Below, in pieces: positions 24,341 to 37,100 of a stretch of DNA of 64,000 bases. The notes beneath the pieces are model-generated. The model made no database searches. It was not told where the DNA came from and was given only the letters and a program-made list of their open reading frames with translations. Source of the DNA: Macrostomum lignano (lineage: Eukaryota); NCBI GenBank assembly GCA_002269645.1, contig NIVC01000719.1, positions 238,020-302,019 of the forward strand, given 5' to 3'. Within the stretch, counting starts at the first letter, position 1, and every line of letters starts with the position of its first letter. The position numbers were made by a program, and so were the translations under genes.

Positions 24341-25273
24341 TAGTATATAGGACAGACAAGACGTTCTAGATAAATTGCAATTGAACCAAAGCTACATGTC
24401 TGTAAATATGTTAATCCCTTATTAATCTGGCCGCTCATTAGCAACCTCAAATGGCAATTCTAAATGCGAAAGCCGGCATAATGCATGTATTCAAACACAC
24501 ACAGGTGAGCTACGGAACTCACTGGTATCAGACTTCTGGTCCCAGGCATTCAAATTGGCCACCCAAGCCCTGGCCATAGGATAGATCGGACAGCCGTCCG
24601 TGCGGCCCTCGGACATGTCCAGAAACGGTCCGAAATCCATCAGCCTGTCGAACAGTTTAATAATGAATTGCTCGCGCTGGTGCTTGCCCCCGGCGCCGTC
24701 CATTTCGCTGCGGGCGCGCAAATAGTCCTCGAAGTCGCCGACTCGACGGCCGCGCTTCCGGCCGGGCGTGGCCATGTGATCGTGCGACTGCGCTTCGCTG
24801 GGATTGGCCGCCGGCGGGATTATCTTGCTGTGTAATGGCGGGGAGGGTAGGGATTCAAGTCAGTTTTCAGTCACTCATGCAGCTGCCTTCAGTCACTCAT
24901 GCAGCTGCCTTCAGTCACTCAGGCAGCTGCCTTCAGCCACTCATGCAGCTGCCTTCAGCCACTCAGGCAGCTACCTTCAGTCACTCATGCAGCTGCCTTC
25001 AGCCACTCATGCAGCTGCCTTCAGTCACTCATGCAGCTGCCTTCAGTCACTCATGCAGCTGCCTTCAGCCACTCATGCAGCTGAGACAGACACTCAGGCA
25101 GCTACAATCAGTCACTCAGTATGGAAAGCTACACATATAGCATATGTTAATAGTAAGTTTATAACATACAAATAGTAATTTTTGTCATACCATTTCTCGG
25201 GACAATTCAATAGCGATTGAAGAGTGTCGGCAAACTCAGTGCGCGACGATTCAAGATCAGCAGAGCTGTGCAT
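22921..25273 (-). CDS. LIN37: Protein lin-37 homolog (MuvB/DREAM core subunit), 3 exons
   Basis: Exons 25273-25191, 24827-24523, 23300-22921 with phases 2 and 1 consistent. [17 protein letters not shown] ~ human ELEMAKARNQLDAVLQCLL; [15 protein letters not shown] ~ YVIKLFDRSVDLAQF; [11 protein letters not shown] ~ LYPICRAWMRN; [11 protein letters not shown]...[12 protein letters not shown] ~ MQRWKRIRQRW...NQLRYSESMKIL. The exact start is less certain. Confidence 0.92.
23830..24340. repeat. (GACA)n microsatellite in LIN37 intron 2
   Basis: Seen directly. Confidence 0.95.
24860..25110. repeat. 22-bp minisatellite (CAGTCACTCATGCAGCTGCCTT)n in LIN37 intron 1
   Basis: Seen directly. Confidence 0.93.
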
Positions 25274-28200
25274 CAGAAATCATTTAACCATAGTCAATGT
25301 TATGAATATTGACAATTTAATAATGAATAATTATCAAATAATCAATCAAATAATGAATAAGTTATAAAAATTGATGCTATAGAAATTTACGGAATCATTG
25401 ATTAGCCTCTTATTTCAGTAAATAAACTTATCAGATTAAGGGCTATTGTTGTTAAAATTAAATTTACAATTAAATTGATGTTGCTAAAAAGATGAATGCA
25501 GCAAAAGGATTATATCACCTAATAAGTCTAACCATTTAGTAAATTCACAAATGCTGTTGAACCTTCCACATATGCAATACTAATGGCATGCTGTGGTAAA
25601 ATGAAGAAAGCAGTAGTTTACAATGCTTAACTTCTTAGCTACCAAATAACTAACTAATATAAACTGTATTTACATGCTTACAATAGACAAATGCATTTAT
25701 CATGGAAATATTTATATATCTAGAAAGAAAGCAATATAATCAAGTGATATCATAGGAAAAATGCAATCAACTTTTTTTTCATAGCCAAAAAAATATAGCT
25801 TAAACTATTTTGTTAAATAATTTTTTTAAATAACAATTTTCAGGTAATAATTAAAGCTTTTACTTTGATTTTGGCTATTGAAAATAGGACCAAAAGAGCT
25901 GGGATTCCCTATTAGAATACTTTTCAAAAACATAAAGACACATGCCAGATGCCTACAAATTTAGGTGTGCTGTGTTATACTAATAACCTTTTTTTCAAGG
26001 TGCACTAGATAGTAGACACCTAGTTAGATTTATATAGATAGGCACATTACTCTATATAAGCAATTTTTTTCAAGATATGCTGACTAGACTAGACACTTGA
26101 TTCTAACATTCTTATATTGTACCACCATTAGAATGCAGATCATGATCTGCATTTAAATTATCTGCACTATCAATGTGCTAGATTTTCTAAGCTATGCCAA
26201 ATCTAAAATAAAAAATTGCATTGGATGATATCTACAAAAAGTGCTAGTTAGTGCAAAAGGGTTGCAACATTAGAACTGCCCTAGGCCTAGCAACAACTGA
26301 CAATAATAAAAGATTAGGTACTACTTTAGTGGTTGATAAAAATGCTAAATTCACTTTGTCAACAAGACTAATAATGATAAAATTAAATTAAAGCCAACTT
26401 ATATAGTGATATCTATTATTATAGATATATTATCTATAGGATATAATAGCAAGGATTTCTTATTGAACTTGACTATTAAAGCTACCTAGTGCCAACTGGA
26501 CCAACTAATAAACATTGCAGTGAGCATAGGCATAGTGGTCACATACACAAGACTAGGCCTATTATGCTCTATGCTAGGCAACACTCAGGCTGCTATTTTC
26601 TATGGAGACACTAATGGGCAGTGAGAAAGCTTCTATACTAGACATATCAACAGTTCATCTAGCTTGGCAGTCTGATGCTGATGTTTGCAATGATCTGAGA
26701 CCTTGCTATAGACTTGTCCAGACTGCCTTCTATTCTATGAAGACTATTTTATAATCCAAGGCTCTGTTTGACTAACTAAAGGTATGGCACTAATTGAGAT
26801 TACCCTATTATACAACACTAAGACCTAGGTGCTAATAGAATGAATTACAGTTACTTTGGTAGTAGTCATTTTGGTATTATCTATTTTAATGGCAAGTTAC
26901 TTTCGTCTTTGGTGCCAAATGTATATGGAATGTTGAACATTTCTTAAAGTTTTTATTAATATTTAAAGGCTAAATTGCTATATATTAATAAAAACTAGCC
27001 AAACGTTTTATTGTGATGTGAAGTGTTAGTTTTTTGAGTATATTTTTCTGTTTTAATTTTTAATTATTAACTTTGTCTTTGGTATATAATAAAGAGCATG
27101 TCAACTTAAGCTCAAAAAGTGAAGCCCAAGTGACCTATGTATACAAATAATATATCATTCTACTTACAATGATACCAAGAAGCAGGGTTTGGCAAAAAAG
27201 CAACAAAATTGGACTTGGGAAAAGGAGGAACAATCAAAAGGATGATTAGTGACTATAATATCAACTTAATTTTATGAAGTGGAGTCCCCAATTATACCTT
27301 TGGTTGTTATCTACTAGGCCCTATCCTAAGTCTAAATTTTATCACTTTTTTTCCAAATCTAGCTTCACTACTATAAGCAGGATAACTTAAAATTTTTGTA
27401 TAATGTTCCTTGGCTTCATTTTATAAGTTTAAGCTAGGCCTAATAGGCCCATTTTGCTTTTTTGATCAACATTTGTCAAAATATTAGATAGCAATATATT
27501 TACTTCAATCAAGTAAAGGTATAAAGCAATTGACAGAATCACATACATAATTGGGGATGCAGGTAATAGGATGAGCATACAATCTAATACAAGTATTATT
27601 GACAAAACTCATTGAGAATATAGACTAAAGTTATATTTTGAAATTAGTTGCTTAGCAACATTGAATTTCAAAAGTAAAGGGTATTTCAAAATTCAAAAAG
27701 AATGAAAAAGAATAATAAAAAAAATAAACTAATTAGTTATTGAATATTAACTTTTAGTTTTAGAAACCCAAATAAACTTTTAAACAAATGTTTAATGCTT
27801 CATACACATTTGGTAGGCCTACCAAAGTAATGTAATACCAAAATAGATGACACTAAAATTATTATTACCAAAACAATTATTTCCAATAGGCCCTAGAATT
27901 ATTTAGACTATACTATAGATTAAGGTAGGATAAACACTGGCCTAATATCTAGAACCTTCAAGATCAGCTATGAGCATATTACCAGTCAGTCCAATATAGT
28001 ATTAGCTAGGCTTATCAGTATACTTTACTCATTACTGTCTATATATAAGCTCATTATTCCAATTCTAGGGATAGTGACAGTGTGTTCCTAGTTATAATTT
28101 TGATTTATTACAAATCAAATACAATGGATGCTTGATTTTAAGAGGCACAAATGAATTCTGTTACTATCAATAGTTTTATTATTGAGCTATTTAGAAATCT

Positions 28201-28886
28201 ATATATTTGTTTGGACTTCAAATAGCAACTTCAACAAGATAGATGTCAACAAAACCCATGGTCAAATCAAGTCAAACAACTCAAAACATTATCATTGTTG
28301 CACTTGAACTCGCATAATTATAGGCCTAATTATAATTCACTAGGCCTATTGAAATGATGTAGAATTGCATTGACCAACTAACTCCTGTGCCTAAACATTT
28401 TTTGACATATCACTTTAGAAAAAGTGCAACAAACATTTAAAAAATAGTTCAACAAATGATTTGAGAAGAATGCCGGTAATGAGATGACAATGTAATCGGA
28501 CCGTCATATAGGCCTAATAATAAATCATAAAACACCTACCCACCTATAAGCAGCAACATTAAAAAGTCGCCACCCTTTGCCCTAGTGAAGTGTCTTATGA
28601 CTAGCGTCTATCAGTATCAGTATCACTTGTCTAACCGTTTTTATATAAAAAAGCATAAAAACAATGAAAACCAGGCGCCGGGCGGAAGCTTCAATCCATC
28701 CGATCTTCGCCCTCTGCTCTTCCTAATCCCTCCTCACCCAGCCCAACGCTGCGTCGCGTGGCGCACGCGCAAGTTGCGTCACTCAAAAGTCAATACTGAG
28801 CTAGAATTCACTGCGCACTTTCAGGTCGACTTTTAGGTTTTAATATTAATTCAGTATTACATATATATTCGAGTCCTGCATGATTT

Positions 28887-30357
28887 TAGTAGTAGTAGTA
28901 GTAGTAGTAATTTTGGCTCAGGCAAAGAGCCAGTTTTGCCAGTAGTAGGACTATAATTCGAGGTATTTTAATATTTTCTCAAAAGGTTGATTATTTTTAC
29001 ATGAACGATAATTACGTTACGATATTTGTATAAGTAAGGTATTTGAAAGATCGTCTGGAATTTTTTACTTTTTTTGGAATATTTTGGGTTACTTATGTAT
29101 TTTATGTATTTTATTCAATTGCAAATAATTACAAAAGCTGCGAATATTAGTAGTAGTAGTAGTAGTAAGAGAATTTGGCTCAGGCAATTAGCCTGTTTGG
29201 CCAATATATTATAGAGCTATGTATTTGGAATTTTCGAATATAGAAGTTTATAAAGACGATTTGACGACGATTTGCTGAGTTATTGTAAAAGATAAAGTAT
29301 TTGAAAGCGCGCCAGAATTTTTACGGTATTTTTAGACGAAAAGTGACGACTAACAACTAACGAGTATAAATATTAATACAAAAATGAGTACAAATTACGA
29401 GGTATAGCTTTAATTGCGAGATTACTTTGGTAAGCGAGTTTGTAAAAAAAAAAAGATGTAGTATTTTTGAAAGCGCGTGATATTTCAAAGCGTGAAAAAC
29501 GAACATAAACAATACTTCGAAAGAATTTTACTTTTAACGAATAACGACGATTTAAATATAGGAAATTAAAAAAGACAGTAAATGAATAAACAACTGAAAA
29601 GCGGATTTGTTACACTGCTGATGTATCTGATTCAGTTTGTTTAACTGTTTTAGCTATTCATGACTTCATATATTTTAGCTACACCAGTGAGCTCTTTTCT
29701 GACTCTTTTTTCATTTGTAGCATATCCTATCTTGTGCATTTGATTGCTATTTAAGAGGTATTGACAGAAGTATTTTTTCCTGATCTCTTCAGTTTGTGGA
29801 CATTCGGTCAAGTAGTGTAGAATGTCAGAACCATTTCGCGCTCCACACATTTTACATGGTTCTTGAGAAAAAAAGTTGGGTGTAATCTCGCATTTCAGTT
29901 TTAGGAGGGTTGTTAAGAATTTTTTGTTTCTAAATGTACATGGAAAGAAATCTGAAAGGTCGGGCCTGCAGATTTTTTTGTAGAGATAGGCGTTTTTGTA
30001 GAGTTTAATATGTTGCTGATTCTCTAGCTTTTGGCTAAGTTCTCTTTCTCTGTGTATCTTGAGGTGCTTTTTCACTAGGTATTTCTCGTTATTAAAGCTT
30101 TGGGAAAGTTTATCTTCAGTTAGTGCTTTTAGGTCTATACTTTCTAGTTTCTTTAGTACATTCATTTTCCATGGATTTTTTTGGCCGGTGTTTGAGTAGA
30201 AAATTTCTAGAGTCGTTTGGCAGAGTTTTTTGTGTCTAATCTTCAGCCAGTAGATGAGGTAGGTTTTAGCGATTCGTTGAGAGATTGGAGTAAGCTCAAG
30301 TTCTGATGATACCACACTGTTGCTAGCAAATTTTGGTAGATTGAGAATATAGATTCT
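28887..30357 (-). mobile_element. 5'-truncated non-LTR retrotransposon (LINE): ORF2 C-terminus, 3' UTR and (TAC)n tails
   Basis: ORF 30315-29650 reads (ILNLPKFASNSVV)SSELELTPISQRI...IYWLKI...NPWKMNVLKKL...CKMCGARNGSDILHYLTECP..EEIR, the post-RT region and C-x2-C-x9-H-x4-C motif typical of LINE ORF2. No RT core remains. Tails at 28887-28909 and 29148-29166. Confidence 0.82.
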
Positions 30358-31172
30358 TTATAATTAATTTAAATTACTAATATTAGAAACTAAAAAAGTT
30401 TAACAAAATTCTAACGCTTGCTTTAAAAAAGTCAGAAAATATTGCATAATTTTATGTCTTTAACTTTAAATTAGTTTTAAACACAATTAAATAGATAAAT
30501 AACATTTGCAGTTGACATATAAGCTTCCTTGATTTTAACCGCATATTTAACTTTAAAGATACCAAACTTTTTCTTGTAGTCAGGAGTCTGCAAAAGATAC
30601 TGGAGCGCATTTCAACGATCGTACAAATGTATTTGACCAAGCTATTCATCGCCAGGAGTTTTTAAATTTAATTAGTTTTTTTATACTTAAGTAAGTGCGC
30701 CATTTCATATTGCAGTGTATCTTTAAGAATGCTTGTTTAATTGCTTGTTAAACATGCTTGTTGAAAGCAGGTATACGAGCAGATATTCAGAAAGACATTC
30801 AAAACAATCGTCTGTACGTCGTAACTTATTACAAAAATGTAACATATTACTAACATATTAAACAATATAAGTTTTAGAAAATATAAAACGATCACAGCGA
30901 AAGAAAAGTGTTTGAATTATAAAGTACAGTAGTATCGAAAAATCAAGCATTTTTAAGTAGCATAATGCTGCATTTAAAGGAAAATTGTCTTTCAGATTAA
31001 GATTTTCAACTGGGTTTTTTCGTAGAGACCATTATGCCATATATACTGATTTCATTTAAATAAATATTTTTAATCATGAAAATTCATAAATTTGATAAGA
31101 GTATTATTCAATGTTTGATAAACAACTGAATGTCCATTCTCTCATTTTAGATGAAGAAACTGCAGCACAAAA

Positions 31173-34100
31173 ATGGATGGTAAGTTAAACACTCATTTAA
31201 AATATTTGAGAGCATAATTGACAGCTTGGTGACCAAAACCGACTAATTCCAGACGAAATTGACGACATTTTAAACTCGCCATCAACGAAGCGCAAAGAGG
31301 TCAGGGAATCGAAATCTCTAGACAGCTCATCGGAGTTAAGAAGGTCAACTAAGTCAGTAACTTTTGTTGACGATAAAGACGGCTCTGATGATTCAGACGA
31401 TGGAAAGCATCGCACAGAGCCAGCCGCCGGCAAAGGCGGACGCCGCGAATCCAACGATTTTGACGATGACGAGGCCGATTTGCCGCTGAGCGGCTTGGAC
31501 ACGCCGCGAAGCGAGGACGGCTCAGTGGCGTTCCCGGATGAGAGACCGCCGAAATCGGCGGCCGGAACGTCATCGGGTGGCGCAGCGATAGCGCCTAAGA
31601 TGGGTTTCGGCCTGTTCACGACCAGCAGCACGGTGAGCGAGGAGCTGGCGCCCAAGGCTAAAAAGACAGACTTCGACAGCTTCCTGGGCAACCTGGGCGC
31701 CAGCGCGCACTCCCGGACCGTCGCTAAAGATGAAGGTTGGCCACAATCGATCATTTGTCAGATTGGTATCCGAGAATTAGACAGACAGACAGGCACTAAG
31801 ACAGACACTAGGAAAGACAGACACTAAAACAGACAGACAGACGGATAGACAGTCAGACAGACAGACAAGCAGAAAGCTGCTAGTGCAAGACATTCCGTAT
31901 TATTTTATGTGGTATCAGCAAGCCCCTTAGAGCCAGATGGTCTGTCGCACTCGCAGACGATCTCCTGAACACCAGCGGCAGCGGCGGCAGCGCCTATCAG
32001 CCCTGGGCGAAATCGAACGCTCGACCATCCACCAGCGAGACCCTCGGCACGGATGCCCTGCTCCAAGGCGTCGATCTCACCTTGAAGAAGCGGCCGGGCA
32101 CGGCGCCGGTGCCGGCTCCGGTGGCGGCTGCCGCGGCGGCAGCAGCAGGTGAAGGCAGAGGCGGCGGCGAGGGTTCGGCGAAGAAGACGCTGAGCCGCCT
32201 GCTAGTTGACGACGAAGACGACCTGTTCGCCACAGCGCCGGTGAGAACCGCGTCCCGACAGCAGAAGCAGCCGAAGGAGCAGCAGCAGCAGCTCTCTGCA
32301 ACAGTGGATGCTGCCGTCTTGATGGCAGGACGCCAGAAGGCATCGCCTCCGCTGTCGCCGACTCCTACAGCGATGGCGGACGTCGAACTTCTGGCTCCGT
32401 CGATTGTCCAGACTGGCGACACGGCCGGCGCAGCCTCCTCCGCCGCCGCTCCATCAGCAGCGATCAGTTTAGACGATGACGATAGCGCACTGCTGGCGAA
32501 GAGACCGCCGACAGGAGCTGGGCGTCGGGCTCGCCGAACTGGCGGCGACGATCTTGCCGGACTTTTCGACAGCAGCGGCGGCGGCTCCGCGGCTGAAGAT
32601 GTGAGCTTTTATTCGTCATTTATGCGTCTATTCGAGCACATGTACACATTAGGGAGCAGAGCAGGTCAGCGATAAACGCGTCTGACTCTGGCACCACGAC
32701 GTCTGATTGGTTCGATTCCGTGCGCAAACGTTCATTTGAGGCTTGTGTGCTCAAAAATGGCGTTCAATTCACGCACAGGAGGGCCAACTTCTAAGGCACA
32801 GAGTGACAGTGTACATGCCTTATGATTAGAAAGTCAGGGCCGCTGTTCACCCTGTGTCACCTGCGGATATTGTTATTAATGCACACATTAGTAGTAAATC
32901 AGACATTTAGTATAAACTGATAATATACATTATATCGCTCGTATGTTTATCAGATTGTTAGGGCTCGATTTGTAGAAACTAAAAAAAATCCTGAAAGGCA
33001 CGTTACAGAAAAATGTACCACTACCACTATTTTATCAAAGATAAAAACTCTAAAAAATATTTAAATTGGCGCCGAAAACTCCAACAATATAAACAAAACG
33101 AATGAAATAAACTGAACAAAAAAACACGAAAGGCATTTTCTTTGGACACCCCGCCGCGCGGGCGCTGGGTCCGCCCGGACACGGCGCCAACAACAAGTTC
33201 GGAGGTGCAGCAGAAACTGCCGCAGCAGCAGCAGCGGCAGCAGCTCGCTGACGGCGGTCAGGTATGACTCAGCAGTGGAGAATTGCAAGGAGAAAAAATT
33301 GCAATAAACATGCTGTTAATAGTTTCTAAATTTTCAATGGATTCTGTGTGCCTTTCGTATACTTGAGCACCTTTTGCTTATTTGTTTCTGAAAACTCCTC
33401 GAAAACATCGCTGCCGAAAACACCAATTGGTAATTTCCGAACACTCCAATTGGTTATTTCCGAAAACTCCAGTTGGTGTTATCTCCTAAAACTCCAATTG
33501 GTTATTTCCAAAAACTCCAATTGGTAATTTCCGAAAACTCCAATTGGTTATTTCCAAAAGCTCTAATTGGTAATTTCCGAAAACTCCAATTGGTAATTTC
33601 CGAAAACTCCAATTGGTTATTTCCGAAAACTCCAATTGGTTATTTCCGAAAACTCCAATTGGTTATTTCCGAAAACTCCAATTGGTAATTTCCGAAAACT
33701 CCAATTGGTTATTTCCGAAAACGCCAATTGGTTATTTCCGAAAACGCCAATTGGTTATTTCCGAAAACTCCAATTGGTAATTTCCGAAAACTCCAATTGG
33801 TAATTTCCGAAAACTCCAATTGGTTATTTCCGAAAACGCCAATTGGTTATTTCCGAAAACGCCAATTGGTTATTTCCGAAAACTCCAATTGGTAATTTCC
33901 GAAAACTCCAATTGGTAATTTCCGAAAACTCCAATTGGTTATTTCCGAAAACGCCAATTGGTTATTTCCGAAAACTCCAATTGGTAATTTCCGAAAACTC
34001 CAATTGGTTATTTCCGAAAACTCCAATTGGTTATTTCCGAAAACTCCAATTGGTAATTTCCGAAAACTCCAGTTGGTTATTTCTGAAAACTTCAATTGGT

Positions 34101-37100
34101 TATTTCCGAAAACTCCAATTGGTTATTTCCGAAAACTCCAATTGGTAATTTCCGAAAACTCCAGTTGGTTATTTCTGAAAACTTCAATTGGTTATTTCCG
34201 AAAACTCCAATTGGTTATTTCTGAAAACTTCAATTGGTTATTTCCGAAAACTCCAGTTGGTTATTTCCAAAAACTCCAGTTGGTTATTTCCGAAAACTCC
34301 AGTTGGTTATTTCCAAAAACTACAATTGGTAATTTCCGAAAACGCCAATTGGTTATTTCCAAAAACTCCAGTTGGTTATTTCCAAAAACTCCAGTTGGTT
34401 ATTTCCGAAAACTCCAATTGGTTATTTTCAAAAACTCCAATTGGTTATTTCCGAAAACTCCAATTGGTTATTTCCGAAAACTCCAATTGGTAATTTCCGA
34501 AAACGCCAATTGGTTATTTCCAAAAACTCCAGTTGGTTATTTCCAAAAACTCCAGTTGGTTATTTCCGAAAACTCCAGTTGGTTATTTCCAAAAACTACA
34601 ATTGGTAATTTCCGAAAACGCCAATTGGTTATTTCCAAAAACTCCAGTTGGTTATTTCCAAAAACTCCAGTTGGTTATTTCCGAAAACTCCAATTGGTTA
34701 TTTTCAAAAACTCCAATTGGTTATTTCCGAAAACTCCAATTGGTTATTTCCGAAAACTCCAATTGGTTATTTTCAAAAACTCCAATTGGTAATTTCCGAA
34801 AACTCCAATTGGTTATTTCCAAAAACTCCAATTGGTTATTTCCGGAAACTTCAGTTGGTTATTTCCAAAAACTCCAATTGGTAATTTCCAAAAACTCCAA
34901 TTGGTTATTTCCGGAAACTTCAGTTGGTTATTTCCGAAAACTCCAATTGGTTATTTCCAAAAACTCCAATTGGTTATTTCCGAAAACTCCAGTTGGTTAT
35001 TTCCAAAAACTCCAATTGGTTATTTCCGAAAACGCCAATTGGTTATTTCCAAAAACTCCAGTTGGTTATTTCCAAAAACTCCAGTTGGTTATTTCCGAAA
35101 ACTCCAATTGGTTATTTTCAAAAACTCCAATTGGTTATTTCCGAAAACTCCAATTGGTTATTTCCGAAAACTCCAATTGGTTATTTTCAAAAACTCCAAT
35201 TGGTTATTTCCGAAAACGCCAATTGGTTATTTCCGAAAACTCCAATTGGTTATTTCCGAAAACTCCAATTGGTTATTTCCGAAAACTCCAATTGGTTATT
35301 TCCAAAAACTCCAATTGGTAATTTCCGAAAACGCCAATTGGTTATTTCCAAAAACTCCAGTTGGTTATTTCCAAAAACTCCAGTTGGTTATTTCCGAAAA
35401 CTCCAGTTGGTTATTTCCAAAAACTACAATTGGTAATTTCCGAAAACGCCAATTGGTTATTTCCAAAAACTCCAGTTGGTTTTTTCCAAAAACTCCAGTT
35501 GGTTATTTCCGAAAACTCCAATTGGTTATTTTCAAAAACTCCAATTGGTTATTTCCGAAAACTCCAATTGGTTATTTCCGAAAACTCCAATTGGTTATTT
35601 TCAAAAACTCCAATTGGTAATTTCCGAAAACTCCAATTGGTTATTTTCAAAAACTCCAATTGGTTATTTCCGAAAACTCCAATTGGTTATTTCCAAAAAC
35701 TCCAATTGGTTATTTTCAAAAACTCCAATTGGTAATTTCCGAAAACTCCAATTGGTTATTTCCGAAAACTCCAATTGGTTATTTCCGAAAACTCCAATTG
35801 GTTATTTTCAAAAACTCCAATTGGTTATTTCCGAAAACTCCAATTGGTTATTTCCGAAAACTCCAATTGGTTATTTCCGAAAACGCCAATTGGTTATTTC
35901 CGAAAACTCCAATTGGTTATTTCCGAAAACGCCAATTGGTTATTTCCGAAAACTCCAATTGGTTATTTCCGAAAACTCCAATTGGTTATTTCCAGAAACT
36001 CCAATTGGTAATTTCCGAAAACGCCAATTGGTTATTTCCAAAAACTCCAGTTGGTTATTTCCAAAAACTCCAGTTGGTTATTTCCGAAAACTCCAATTGG
36101 TTATTTCCGAAAACTCCAATTGGTTATTTCCGAAAACTCCAATTGGTTATTTCCGAAAACTCCAATTGGTTATTTCCGAAAACTCCAATTGGTTATTTTC
36201 AAAAACTCCAATTGGTTATTTCCGAAAACTCCAATTGGTTATTTCCGAAAACGCCAATTGGTTATTTCCGAAAACTCCAATTGGTTATTTCCGAAAACTC
36301 CAATTGGTTATTTCCAGAAACTCCAATTGGTAATTTCCGAAAACGCCAATTGGTTATTTCCAAAAACTCCAGTTGGTTATTTCCGAAAACTCCAGTTGGT
36401 TATTTCCAAAAACTCCAATTGGTAATTTCCGAAAACGCCAATTGGTTATTTCCAAAAACTCCAGTTGGTTATTTCGAAAAACTCCAGTTGGTTATTTCCG
36501 AAAACTCCAATTGGTTATTTTCAAAAACTCCAATTGGTTATTTCCGAAAACTCCAATTGGTTATTTCCGAAAACTCCAATTGGTTATTTTCAAAAACTCC
36601 AATTGGTTATTTCCGAAAACTCCAATTGGTTATTTCCGAAAACTCCAATTGGTTATTTCCGAAAACTCCAATTGGTTATTTCCGAAAACTCCAATTGGTT
36701 ATTTCCGAAAACTCCAATTGGTTATTTCCGAAAACTCCAATTGGTTATTTCCGAAAACGCCAATTGGTTATTTCCGAAAACTCCAATTGGTTATTTCCGA
36801 AAACTCCAATTGGTTATTTCCGAAAACTCCAATTGGTTATTTCCGAAAACGCCAATTGGTTATTTCCGAAAACGCCAATTGGTAATTTCCGAAAACTCCA
36901 ATTGGTTATTTTCATAAACTCCAATTGGTTATTTCCGAAAACTTCAATTGGTTATTTCCGAAAACTTCAATTGGTTATTTTCGAAAACTTCAATTGGTTA
37001 TTTTCCCAAAAAACTTTCTCCGATTCTAACGCAATTATCCTCGAAATAAACCCCTCGAGTAGCAGTTTCAAAGAAACAAATACTTTACTGTGTTTTTGAA

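Noticed and set aside
24800-24862. E2F/CCAAT/CHR-like motifs as an autoregulatory LIN37 promoter
   Set aside because: Once the upstream exon at 25273-25191 was found, these motifs fall in coding exon 2 and intron 1.
28755-28805. GC hairpin plus CTAG as a Helitron 3' end
   Set aside because: The spacing is too long (~30 nt), CTAG is followed by A rather than T, and there is no matching 5' TC end.
33420-37000. CRISPR-like appearance of regular palindromic repeats
   Set aside because: Units are contiguous with no unique spacers, there are no cas genes, and the context is eukaryotic.
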